The notes beneath the pieces are model-generated. The model had not been told where the DNA came from and made no database searches. It was given only the letters and a program-made list of their open reading frames with translations. From Cladosporium halotolerans (Eukaryota), in assembly GCF_011745625.1 (NCBI RefSeq), contig NW_027191488.1, positions 1-64,000 on the forward strand: a stretch of 64,000 bases of DNA. The letters are read 5' to 3'. Positions 36,502-47,751 of this stretch are shown here, one piece after another. Each line of letters starts with the position of its first letter. The stretch's first letter is position 1. The translations under genes were made by a program, and so were the position numbers.

Positions 36502-39500
36502 CTAGAGCGTCCTCTTCTCGCTCCTCTCCTCGTACGTCTGGATCGTGTCGCCAACCTCGAACTTCTCCCAGTCCCCGAAGCCCATACCGCACTCAGTGCC
36601 CTTGCGCATCTCCTGTACGTCCTTCTTGACGTTCTTCAGCGACGAGATCGTGCCGTCGTAGACCTTCTCATCGCCTCTCATGACCCTCACTCTCGAGCCG
36701 TGGCCGATGACGCCGTTCCTGACCTTGCATCCGGCAATCTTCATCTTCTTCCTGCCGCCGATGCCAATCTCGAACTCAGCACCGATCTCAGCTTCACCCA
36801 GCACGCGCTGTGTGATGAGCGGCGGAAGCCTCTCTTCGAGCACGGCCTTGACGTCGTCGAGCACGCGGTAGATGATGTTATTTTCGAGCACCTTGACGCC
36901 TTTGGCCTCTGCTTGCATCTTTAGACCCTCATTCGGAGGTAAGTTGAAGGAGATGATGTGGCCTTGAGTGGCATCCGCAAGCTCGATGTCAGACTCGTTC
37001 ATCGCACCGACTGAGGATGAAAGAACGAGCGGTGCGACCATGGGAGAGCTGACGCTCATGATGTAAGCCTCAACAGCCTCGGCCGAACCGGACACGTCGG
37101 CCTTGATGATAAAGGGTACCTCTATGCGGCCGCCGGAAGATGCATCAGCCTGAGCGGCAGCAGATTTGGCATTGGTGTCTTCGCCTTCCTCACCGGCTGC
37201 GCGTCGCTTGGCTTCCGCAGCAGCGCGTTTCTCGTTCTCACGCTTCTCCTGCGCCACGCGGCGGGCCTCATTGATGGCTTCCATGTCTTCGGCCGTCTTT
37301 TCGCGCTCGACCTTCTCGAGGCGGTACTCGACGACAGACGTGGCCTTTTGCTCGGTGGGGGCCTGCAAAACCTCGTCACCGGCGGCTGGCTGATCGCGCC
37401 AACCGTCAACCTCTACAGGCATACCTGGAGTGGCTTCCGAGATGGCAACACCGACTTCGTTGTGCAGCGAACGCACACGAGCCCAGGTGTTGCCTGCGAC
37501 AATGACGGAGCCCAGCTTCAGCGTGCCTCTGCGCACAAGCACAGTAGCGACGCGGCCTGCCTTCTTCGTGGTAGCCTCGATGACCCAACCCTCCACCGCA
37601 CCATCACGGTCGGCGCGGTGGTCGAGGATTTCACCGAGAGTGACAGCAGCTTCTTCGAGCTGGTCCATACCCTGTCCGGTCTTGCCCGAAACTTCAACGA
37701 CCTGTGTGTCACCGCCGAAGTCTTCGATCTCCACACCGTGGCGGGCGAGATCCTGCTTGACGCGCTGGATGTCCGCGCCATCCTTGTCAACCTTGTTGAT
37801 GGCAACGAGCATCGGGACACCGGCGCCCTTGGCGTGCTTGATGGCTTCGAGCGTCTGCGGCTTGACAGAATCGTCAGCAGCCACAACGAGAATCACGATG
37901 TCCGTGACGTTTGCTCCGCGCTGGCGCATGGCAAGGAAAGCAGCGTGGCCGGGTGTGTCGAGGAACGTAATGGTCTTTCCAGATGCCGAAAGAGGGACGC
38001 TGAAAGCACCAATGTGTTGTGTGATGCCACCAGCTTCGCCAGCAGCAACGCTAGACTTGCGCAGGTAATCCAGAATGGTGGTCTTTCCATGGTCGACGTG
38101 ACCCATGATAGTGACGACGGGCGGTCGGGTAGGCAGTAATTCCTTGTCTTGAGCATCAACCTCCGGCCTAGCCTTCAGGTCGCGCTCTTCCTCCTCGCGG
38201 ACGCTTGTGTCGAAGACTGGCTCCAAGTCGTATTCCATCGCAATGAGACCGCTGACTTCTGTGTTGAGAATCTTGCCAGGGAACACATCGTCGTAGCCGA
38301 GATCCTCCAGCCTGTTCACGAACTGCTCGTAGCGCACACCGAGCGCCTGAGAAAGCTGCTGCACAGAGACGAACTCGGGCAGCTTGATCTGATTCTTCGC
38401 CTCGGCTTGTGCCGCGGCTCTCTCGGCTGCACGCTGGGCCTTCTTCTCAGCGCCCTTCGCTTGCTTCCTCTCCGCCTTGCGCGAGAAGCGCCCGCCGTCG
38501 TCATCGTCTTCGAAATCGCGGCCACGGCGCGAGCGACGTCCCGGGCGATCGTCATCGTCCTCGTCCTCGTCTCTTCGGTTGCGTCGGCCCGGCTTCTTTT
38601 CGCGCGGCTCCTCGTCTCGGAATTTGCGAGACCTGAGCACGCGCTCCTCGGGCTCTTCCTCTCCCTCACCCTCATCCTCAAAACCCTTGCTTCGCATACG
38701 TGCCAACATCTCTTGGCGCGGATCAGTGCTCCTGGCGTCGTTGTCCATCCGAGTACGCTGGTAACGCTCCTCTGCTGCTCCCCTATCGAAGTCGCGATCG
38801 AGACGCTCCTCTGAGGCGTTCTCGTTGGATTCGCGATCGTTACGCCCTCTTTGCATCTCTCTGCGATTGTCTCGGCGACCATTCCTGCGGTCGTCTCTCG
38901 ACCTATCGCCGGGCTTGCTGGGGCACTCGGAAGCTTTGTGGCCGACGACATTGCAAAAGTTACATCGCGTAGTCATCGGGTTTGGACATTCCCGCGCAAT
39001 GTGCCCTTTCTGTCCGCAGCGCCCGCAAGTCCTCGTCGTGCCAGAAGTTGAGTTTGGGTTGGCGAATTCCGGCTTCCAAGTTCGCGACTGGGGCTGCAGG
39101 TGCGAGGTCATGGGACGCCGGAGAGCGGCGCGCTCTTGCTGGTGCTCGGCGAAGCGGCGGTCGATCCAGGCGTCGTCTTCCATTCCGGGCTGGGCTTGCT
39201 CGGGGGGAGCTGGAGGCGCTGGTTCGGGTTGACGGCGACCGAGGTGCTGCCAGTTGTCCGGCGCGTCGGATTGGGGAGGGGTGAAGCTGTACTCATCGCG
39301 GCTGATGGTCCTCGCACGAGTTGGTGGCGGCTGGGGCAGGTCTTCTTGCCCCATGTCGAAGTCGGGGTCGAGAATGTCGGAGATGGAGTGCTTAGAGGGT
39401 TGCGGCTTTTTGGGTCTCTGAGGTAGGCTTGCACCAAGTCCAAAACCTCGATTAGGCTTCTTAGGGGCTTCTGCTTGTGGGGGAGTCACGACATCAGGCT

Positions 39501-40400
39501 GAGCTTCAGGTTCGGGCTCCACTTTGGTAGGTGGAGGTGTAGGCTCATTCAATCCGTATTCCAGAGGCTTACGCTGGGAAAATCCAGAGCCCCATCCTGT
39601 AGCCTCGGGCTTCTCCTGGTTAGCTGACTTGGCTTTCAAGAAGCTCGGCATAGAAGGAAGTGCAGGAGGTGCTGATGATGCTTGTGCCGTGGATCCCTTG
39701 CCGGATGACGCCTGATGCCGTCTGTGTCTCCCCGCTTCACGTTGTGGATGTTCTTGTTTCTCTCCTTCGTTTGGTACCTGACGACCATTCGAAAAGCGTA
39801 TGTTTAATTGAGGCCGGCCGTGCTGCTGACCGGCATTTCGAGGGCGCTGCGCATGCTGCTTTTGCTGTTCTTGCCTTCGCTGTTCTTGCCTTCGCTGTTC
39901 TTGCCTTCGCTGCTCATGACTTCGCCGCTCGGCAGCCTTATGTTCTTGTTGACGTGCCCGTGCAGCCTCCAAAGCCTTCTTGCGCGTTTCCGCTTCTTGT
40001 GCTTCCCTTTGAGCCCTTTCTTCTGCTACCCGTCGGGCTTCTAACTGTGCTTTTTCCGCCGCCTCTCGCCTTGCTTTTCGCTCTGCTTTTTCCTTCTGCT
40101 CGGATGCTGAAAGTGACGAGTTCGGATCGAAACCGGTCCAGCGAGGGGCCGCATTGTTGGCGCTGTTGTCGCCCGACGACGCTTGTCCTGATGCTCCATT
40201 CTCATCTTGCCTCTGCCATCGACTGATGCTAAATGCTCTCTGCTGCACAGCTGGCGACGCCCTCACGGTGAAGTCGCCGCCGAGCCGACATGCGCAAAAC
40301 GCGCATACATTCTGCGCCGAGGTTGTCTGTGATGGTCAGCAGGGAACAAGGATAACGTAATTATGGTGGCATTCACCTTCAGCAACCTCTGCGACCTCAT
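36502..40400 (-). CDS. IFM1: Mitochondrial translation initiation factor 2 with long N-terminal extension
   Basis: Exon 1 40400-40377, intron 40376-40327. G-domain RPPVVTIMGHVDHGKTT, GGITQHIGAF, DTPGH, NKVD, IIKADVSGS and C-terminal KGTECG. Confidence 0.95.
39864..39923 (-). repeat. 15-bp coding tandem repeat (EQRRQ unit) in IF2
   Basis: Plus-strand GCTGTTCTTGCCTTC x3 followed by a degenerate fourth copy. Confidence 0.9.
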
Positions 40401-40644
40401 TACTGATTATTACCCTACACAAGCGAACGAGGTTGTTCTTCGATGCGAGACAAGTCAAGTTTCCCTTTTCGGCAATGCTGCTCGCCCGCAAATTGGCTTC
40501 GGGGGAGACTCGCAGTGGCCGCGCGACGACCCTGCAGGCTGATCGGCCACTTTCTCTCCATGACGCGCTCCATTGTATTAGAGCTCTACTAAAACAGCTG
40601 CTCGCCCTCGTCGCCCTTTCTGGATACTAACTCATCCAGCAAAC

Positions 40645-41034
40645 ATGTCTCGTCAGGTAAGCGCGTCAATGTCGTTCATTCGTCTCATTCACTGATCAAT
40701 TCTTCAGCAAATCGCCCTACACTACTCTCGTCTCCTAAGCCGCTGGCCCGTCGACCGCCTGCGCCCAGCAGAGCTACACTTCCAGCGTCTCCTGCAGAAC
40801 CGCATCCAGGAGGCACCTGCAGGTTCCAGAGACGAGTCTCACGACGTTAATGCCGCCTACCTGCTCTTGGACAATGCCATCCGCAAGCGTCATCCGCTCT
40901 CCGACTCTATGATGCACCCTGCCAGCAAGCCGGATCATTACGATGCTTTGGCCAAGGAGCTTGATGAGGCGCCTGACAGGACTTGGTTCGCCAATGTGGT
41001 CAAGAGGATGCAGAACCTCATTAGGTTCAAGTAA
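40645..41034 (+). CDS. CBP6: Cbp6/UQCC2-like cytochrome b synthesis / complex III assembly factor
   Basis: ATG at 40645, intron 40657-40707. Product MSRQQIALHYSRLLSRWPVDRLRP...MMHPASKPDHYDALAKEL...IRFK shows the WPxDxLRP and PxSxPxxY family pattern. Not in the ORF track. Confidence 0.75.
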
Positions 41035-41293
41035 GATGGCGCTTCGGTGAACCACGGACATAAGGAGTGGCTTCGGTCAATGATGGGGACTGAGGTTCAT
41101 GGCATGCTGAGATCTGACGCTCATGGCGCACCTGATGCGCATTGCATGTCGCCTTGTGCATACTGGCTGGGCTATAAGAACGACTCACCATTTCTGTTGG
41201 CTTTCTGCAAGACATCAACTCTCCCAAACCACTTTTCATCGAACGCAGACCAGCCTCAAGAAGCGCATATCGGATTCCAACCCGAACGACAAC

Positions 41294-41917
41294 ATGACCA
41301 CTACCGCTTCACCGGTTTCATTTGCGACGATTTCGCCGGCTCCAGATCACCAGCCTGCACCAATCTCAATCGACCACCTCCTCCACCTTCTTGGCCAAAT
41401 CCGGGTGCCACAAGAAGGGCCCGCCTCTCCTGCCGCCCCCTCGCCCCCATTCATTCCTGTCACTGCCACTGCGACTGAAGAACCGAACGTCACTCTCAGC
41501 ATCTCTCTATCTTCTATCCCGCCGCCTGCTCTACCGCTTGACTCAACCATCGCCAATCGCGTCATTATTTTGACACATAAGGAGGCCTCGAGGGCCGAGC
41601 ACGCTCTGAATGAGCCGCACCCAGCTTGCTGTCACCGTACCGGCCTGGCTGACGGGAAGGTCGACGCCAGTACCTCGACGATGGACTCGACCAACAAGAA
41701 TCCGGTTCCAGGCCGCAATCGCGCTCTCTCGGCCCCAGTCAACGGCGTGAACTTGCCTTCGAAGGCTGCGCTACCCATGATTAAACCTGTCCATCTAAAG
41801 AAAGAGGCCCCGTCGCAGAAGCAGACCAACCGCGAGTGGAGAGCAGACCTCGATCGTGTGTCGGACGTCTTGAGTGCGATGTTTGCAGATGGGGATCGTG
41901 TTGTTCACTACACCTAG
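41294..41917 (+). CDS. Hypothetical protein
   Basis: Open frame of about 207 codons from a good-context ATG; P/S/T-rich; no family recognised. Confidence 0.45.
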   Translation: MTTTASPVSFATISPAPDHQPAPISIDHLLHLLGQIRVPQEGPASPAAPSPPFIPVTATATEEPNVTLSISLSSIPPPALPLDSTIANRVIILTHKEASRAEHALNEPHPACCHRTGLADGKVDASTSTMDSTNKNPVPGRNRALSAPVNGVNLPSKAALPMIKPVHLKKEAPSQKQTNREWRADLDRVSDVLSAMFADGDRVVHYT

Positions 41918-42199
41918 TCGCAAGTCGCTCAGTATGTAACCAGATTGCCATTATGGGAGCATGACGTTTCCAGAGCTCGTAGGAGTATGAATTTAAGGCT
42001 TTGCGCTCACCATTTCATATCTGTGTTGCCATTCGTCATGGTTCTCATTGACGCTGCCAATCGAATTTTGAGACGCACGTTCTGAAACATCAGAAAGGTC
42101 AACTCCTGGCCAGTCTTTGGATTTTCATAAAGATCAGAAATACAGGTCACCAGAGACCACTGTGTAGCCTGTGACCATCACTCAATTCATCCGTCCCAT

Positions 42200-43408
42200 T
42201 CATCTTCCCAAAGACCCCTTCCGCAACCTCTCCCCCAACTCCGCCACCCGCCTCGCAACCCTCTCCCCATCCTCCTCCGGCCCAAATCTCTCCCTCACCC
42301 ACTCCAAATCCCTCTCATGCTGCGTCGCAGCATAATACTTCCAACACCCCTCCTCGCGACTCCACTTCCGATTCGGCACGTACGCTTCCAGATTATAGTA
42401 ATTGTCCCTGTGGAACGGGAACTCGTACGACGGCGGGCCTTTGCGCGCCAGGTACTCATCGGACTCTTTCGCCACGTCCGCGAGCGAGAGCTGGTACGGT
42501 CTGTGCTCGGGCAACACGGGGCGGGCTTTGATATATTTCGAGCGGCGGAGGATGGTGCGTGTTGTCGTATCGAGGTGGCGGGCGAGGAGCGCCGCGTAGA
42601 CTAGTGGTTGGGTCATGGCGGTGTAGACGAGCGTGGCGTTGCGGGCGAGGAGCTCGCGGTTCCATTCGGGCGACTGCCCGCGAGGGATCATGGGAATCGG
42701 TTCGCGGTTGTCCAGGGATGATTGCCAGTGGGCGAGGTCGGCGATTGTACAGAGGTTGTTGTAGGCGAAGACGCAGGTCATGCAGGTGCAGATTGCTAGG
42801 GGGTCGAGGGGCTGGACGTGTTGGTAGGGTTTCTTGTGGATGGCGAGGAGGTCTTGTCGTTTGGCCGAGAGGAGTGAGGGGTGGTATATTGGGTCGATTG
42901 TGGAGAAAGAGACTGGGAGAGGGAAGCACTTGCTAAGGATAGAGTAGCGGGCACGGATGAGTTCCTTCGCAAGTGAGGATTCGTTCTCGTGAATGTAGGC
43001 TTGGGTGGAGCGGTTGAGTCGCTGCAACTGCAAGAGATCATTTGGCCTCAGGTATGTGAAAACTTCATGGAGGAGTTCGGAAGGTAAGTCTAGGAAAGAC
43101 TGAGGTTTGGGCTTGGGTTTCTTCTTGGATCTCCTCTCAAGCCGCTTCTGTAAACGTTCTGTCTTCTTGGAACGCAGCTGCAATGCTGCTGTTGTGTCGA
43201 TTAGAGGCTCATCATTTTCTTCGTCCGCTGTGAGTGCTTGCTTCCTGGGTTTCTTGCCCCATGAAGGTGCTGCCACATATTGGTATGCTTGTACTTCTTC
43301 AGCTGGCGGGCTTGCAGTGAGGACGGAGTTTGACCGATCTGTATCTGGCCTTGGGTATAGCGGCTTAATCGATGTAGATGCTGGTTCATCTTGGCCAGTT
43401 GACATCAT
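42200..43408 (-). CDS. F-box domain protein
   Basis: FLDLPSELLHEVFTYLRPNDLLQLQRLNR F-box, followed by a conserved-looking CTCMTC-containing domain. Confidence 0.85.
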   Translation of the reverse strand: MMSTGQDEPASTSIKPLYPRPDTDRSNSVLTASPPAEEVQAYQYVAAPSWGKKPRKQALTADEENDEPLIDTTAALQLRSKKTERLQKRLERRSKKKPKPKPQSFLDLPSELLHEVFTYLRPNDLLQLQRLNRSTQAYIHENESSLAKELIRARYSILSKCFPLPVSFSTIDPIYHPSLLSAKRQDLLAIHKKPYQHVQPLDPLAICTCMTCVFAYNNLCTIADLAHWQSSLDNREPIPMIPRGQSPEWNRELLARNATLVYTAMTQPLVYAALLARHLDTTTRTILRRSKYIKARPVLPEHRPYQLSLADVAKESDEYLARKGPPSYEFPFHRDNYYNLEAYVPNRKWSREEGCWKYYAATQHERDLEWVRERFGPEEDGERVARRVAELGERLRKGSLGR

Positions 43409-44008
43409 GTCGTGGCATCAGATACACTTCTTGTTCGCAGTGATGGCTGTGCAAGTGCCACGTCTTGCGCCACGAGCAGTTTGAAGCTGCGCTTCGCCAC
43501 CCCCAAACTGCCTTTCTAGACCAGTCGGCCTCATCCATCTCCCATCGCGCCTATGCCTTTCGTGATTCAAGCACTCAACACACCTTGCAAAAAATACAGC
43601 TTGACGCATACATCATGCAAATAGTGTGGAATTGTCGGTGCTATGACTACGTGACACAGCATATGCAAGCATGGCTATATGCAGGTAGCGAGTCCAGACC
43701 ATGCGACACTTGATGCAGGATGCCGCCTGCGGCTGACATTACGGCCTATCACCGTTCGCTTGCACGTATGCTGCGGTGCAGCTTCGTGCAGATGCAGACG
43801 GAATGGCACAGCCTACAACTGCGCCTCCAGGCCAGCGGTGATTAAATACGTTAGAAGGCCCATGATGGATGCGCGAATATCAGCCATCTACCAGCTCATC
43901 AAACTCAAAATCACAGTGCTACGGCTACTCCAGGGTACTAGATCTGTCGCGGCCACAGGGCAAAAAGGGCACAGTCACCCATAAGCGGTTTACCTCGAGA
44001 TTACGAAT

Positions 44009-45807
44009 ATGCCCGAAGGTATTACTCAACATCAAAGTGTGGAAGAAGCGGATGAAGAAGTGGAGCTTGTCACTGCCTCGGCACGTTCTATGAATGCGGA
44101 CCGGAGATTCAATCAAGGCAGGCGCGAGTCCATCGAGACGGTTATAAACGTGAATGGACGGTTCGCCGAGGACGGCAAAAAGAATTCTACACCTGAGGTC
44201 CCCTCGCCGGGCAGACATTACGACAATGTTTACGCGTCGGTCAAAGTCGATGGCAACTCAAGACAGCACTTCGGAGGCAATCATTACTATTTTCAACCGA
44301 GTCATCGAGAGTCAGCGAGTGACTTCCAGGACACTGGGCGAAGAACTGGTATTCATTTCAGCTTCGAAAAGCGACTCCTCAGCAACCGCAGAAACTCAGC
44401 GCAACGTATGCGAGAGCTGTACGTCGCAAAGAAAAAGCCCACGGTACGAAATTTGATTGAGGTCCTCTTGTAACAACTTTCAGTCTGCTCATAACTACTA
44501 GGTCAGTTCATCGCTTGACCACTTAGGAGTTTACACTTCATATGTTGGAGTCAAAACTCCAAAGGTTCAGCAATGTCTGAAACAAATGGCCAGCCGTTTC
44601 CAGCAAGTGGACAAGCTATTTGCAGCGATGTTCGCGCACGTCATTGAATCCCGCGACCACCGTGATTTGGAAAATATACTGCTCAACATTCGCAAAGAGA
44701 TATCCAAACATCAACCAAAAGGGGCCACTGCTGGCTCTGATACAGACGACACATACCTCGGCGACTTGGGACACTATTTCGAGGACCTTCTATCCAATGA
44801 AGCAGCGAAATCAGCACCACAGCGTCAAGAAACGACGAAGAAACTGGCAAGCTTTCGGGTCACCAGTGGTACCGGCGACTCGTTGCTTCAGTATTTACAA
44901 GACGGGCTTGAAATACCGTACTGGGAGATCATTATAGACGCCTTTTCAGCATCCCTGGCAAATGAAACTACACTAGGCAGTGGCATGATATCGCTGCAGC
45001 TCAGGACGACCAGAAAAGAAATGCGAGGATTGCGTGATGGACTACGAGATGTCCTTGCAGAGCCTTCATCAGCGGACGAAAGCATCGATGCCATTTTGCT
45101 TGGTATCGACAAGCGCATGGCCGTGCTGGACAATTTCACGGACAGTCGTGTCAGTGATCTCTACGATCCAGGTCTGGATGCAGAACCAGGCCATTCGGAA
45201 TTGGCTGATTCTCAAAATCCGGGAGACGAGGCTGTCTTGACGTCCTACGCCCAGCAATCGACGAAGGTAATCTGAAGACAAGTTTCCTACCAACAAAAGT
45301 ATCCGAGAATTGACAGTAGTACAGCAATTGGTCATTCTTACGGCAGCCATCATCCTGGCACTGATCGGAGCTTTCGTGCCTTTCGTCAAAGGTTTCGCCA
45401 TATCCTGGAGTGACAACGAACCTGGAAAGAAAACAGACTCGGATTACTGGTACAACATCTCTAGCAGCATTGCTGTCATTATGGGGAATCTGGCAATGGT
45501 GATTCCACTGATCAAAGGCTCCTGGTTGTCTGCACCCTACATTGTCACATGGATGTGGTTTGGTGTGGGCTTAGGATGCGCTGTCATGTCTATTGTGATC
45601 TACCCGCTGTGCAACCCGGGTTGGAGCTCACTCCTCGCCTTTTGTGCTACTATCGCTGGATTCGGTGCAACTCTGAGCATTACTATGGCTGTAGGAAAAG
45701 ATGAAACAAGCGGCCAAACGTCTGCGGAGACCATGCAAACCAAGGGCGCGAACAGTCGATCGAGCATGCCACAGCACAACAATTCTGGGAAATCAAAATT
45801 TGAGTAA
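44009..45807 (+). CDS. Hypothetical protein with helical middle domain and four C-terminal TM helices
   Basis: Three ORF-track pieces join in frame through two 58-nt phase-0 introns (44444-44501 and 45267-45324); four hydrophobic segments lie in the last exon. Confidence 0.7.
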
Positions 45808-46336
45808 AAGGAGGTCATTGGTCAAAGACATCCCATCATCGCAGTTTGTACAGGTGGTCCGTGAGATTACTCGCTTCGACGTCCGATAGCCAGCCATGAT
45901 CTCTTAGGCTCCCTATCTTAGCCAGTCATGTACGACGAACCATCTATTTTCGGCATCATTACATCAGGAGCAACGACTTATTAGATGATACAAAATTCCT
46001 CTGGTGTCACCTCGTAAATGCTTTGTGTAGAATCCCGTGTCCAATAGGCAGGAAGCAGGAGGCCTTCCGACCACTCAACGTACTCTTTCCGTCTTGCCAG
46101 CATTCATGGAACACCCAAAGCGGGAACGTTGGTCGAAAGGCCTTGCACAACACCAAATTCCTCAGCAAAGGAAGGATCACTCCACGTCATGACCCAAATC
46201 AACCGAATTCATTTTGGCATCTCCTGTATCATGCATTATTAGCATCTATACGCACTTAGAATCAATCGCTCGCAAGCATCACATATCGACTTCGCTTCAT
46301 ACCTTATTTCTACACCCCACCACCTCACCATCAGCC

Positions 46337-47116
46337 ATGTGCCGCCTCCCAAACATCAACCTGCAGAGTCGCTTCCCGCTACAAAACACGCACAATCTCT
46401 CCGCACAAGACCGCGACGGCAATCCCCACCTAACCAACGACGACATCCTCGCACAAGCGAACAGACCCGGACACCCACTCCTGCGCACCTCCGATCGCCA
46501 ATGGTTGCGCAACGAGCTCTCGCCCGCCATCGAAGTCACCGACACCCGAACCGAGCCCGAAGCCGGCTAGGCGCCCGGCGACGACACGCTCAGCATCATG
46601 CGCAGTCTCGCGACGTGGAACAACGTGGTGCGAACTGATTTTGAGTCACTGGATCCTGACGACGATGGCAATGGGAGCTTGACGCTGAATCGGCGAGCGG
46701 ATCTTGGTAGGCGCCGCTTCTTCCAGGATGGGCGCAGTTTGGGTAGGGATGAGGACTTTCGAATTGTGATTACCGCGCGGTCTCCGGACGGCAGCGAAGA
46801 TGTCGTGGCGCACATTTTCACGCCTGAGGGTCTCCGTGATCCAGACGTTCTGAGCAGGTTCGAGAGCGCTGTAATCGGGGAGGAGCCAGCACCGCCGCCG
46901 CCGCCACCACCGCCACCTGCCCAGAGGAGGAGGCAGATCGCATGGGATGACTGGACTACGGAAAACTTACGGCGTGCCCCAACACCGACGAGCGACTCTG
47001 ATTTGGATGACCAAGTGGCAAGGATGCGAGCTGCGTTTCGCGAACCACATTTCATCTCATCGGACGGACTGTTCATTGACCACACCATGCTCCGACGAAA
47101 TCGACACGCGCGCTGA
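46337..47116 (+). pseudogene. Hypothetical gene interrupted by one in-frame TAG (46568-46570)
   Basis: ORFs ending at 46570 and starting at 46598 share a frame, with only sense codons between them and no canonical intron across the stop. Confidence 0.5.
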
Positions 47117-47751
47117 GCTGTGGCCGCAGACGCGGCCGAATCAAACAGAAGGTAATTTAGCGTTTTCATGGTGGCGACGAGTCGTTATCGAGAGTTTCTA
47201 TTATAGAAGAGAAGAGAGCGCTCAACAAGGGCATGGAAGCCGGCCTTGTAGCCGTCCACAGTCTTTACCTCGCCAATGCGATAGCTATTGAACAAATTAC
47301 AAGGAGCTGGTGTTGTGTCTTGAGGAGAAAGATGCACATGAGCGCATGATACACAAGAGGAGGCTTCAGCGGCAAATGGACAGATCGCTAGAACGTTCCT
47401 TGGACTTTGTCAAAGTACCGCTTGTTTCTCCCAAACATATATCCGACAGGATACTACATAAACAAGAGTTGAGACACGCGAAACGAATCGCAAATACTCC
47501 ATTGCGCCTACTCTAAAAGCCAGAGTCGCTTATGTTCTCCATCTACCACATCCCATGTTACCCAATCGAACACGCAGTAGCACTCATATCCCTCGTGGAC
47601 CTGCCTTCCTATGTCTACATCATATCTCACCAACCAGAGCATGAAAAGGATATCAAGATTGTCAGGAACACCAAGTAGATTGCAGAGCTTTCAAAGCAAG
47701 AGACAGACATTTCACATTCTTTCTTTCAAAATCTGAGGGTAAAATCATGAT

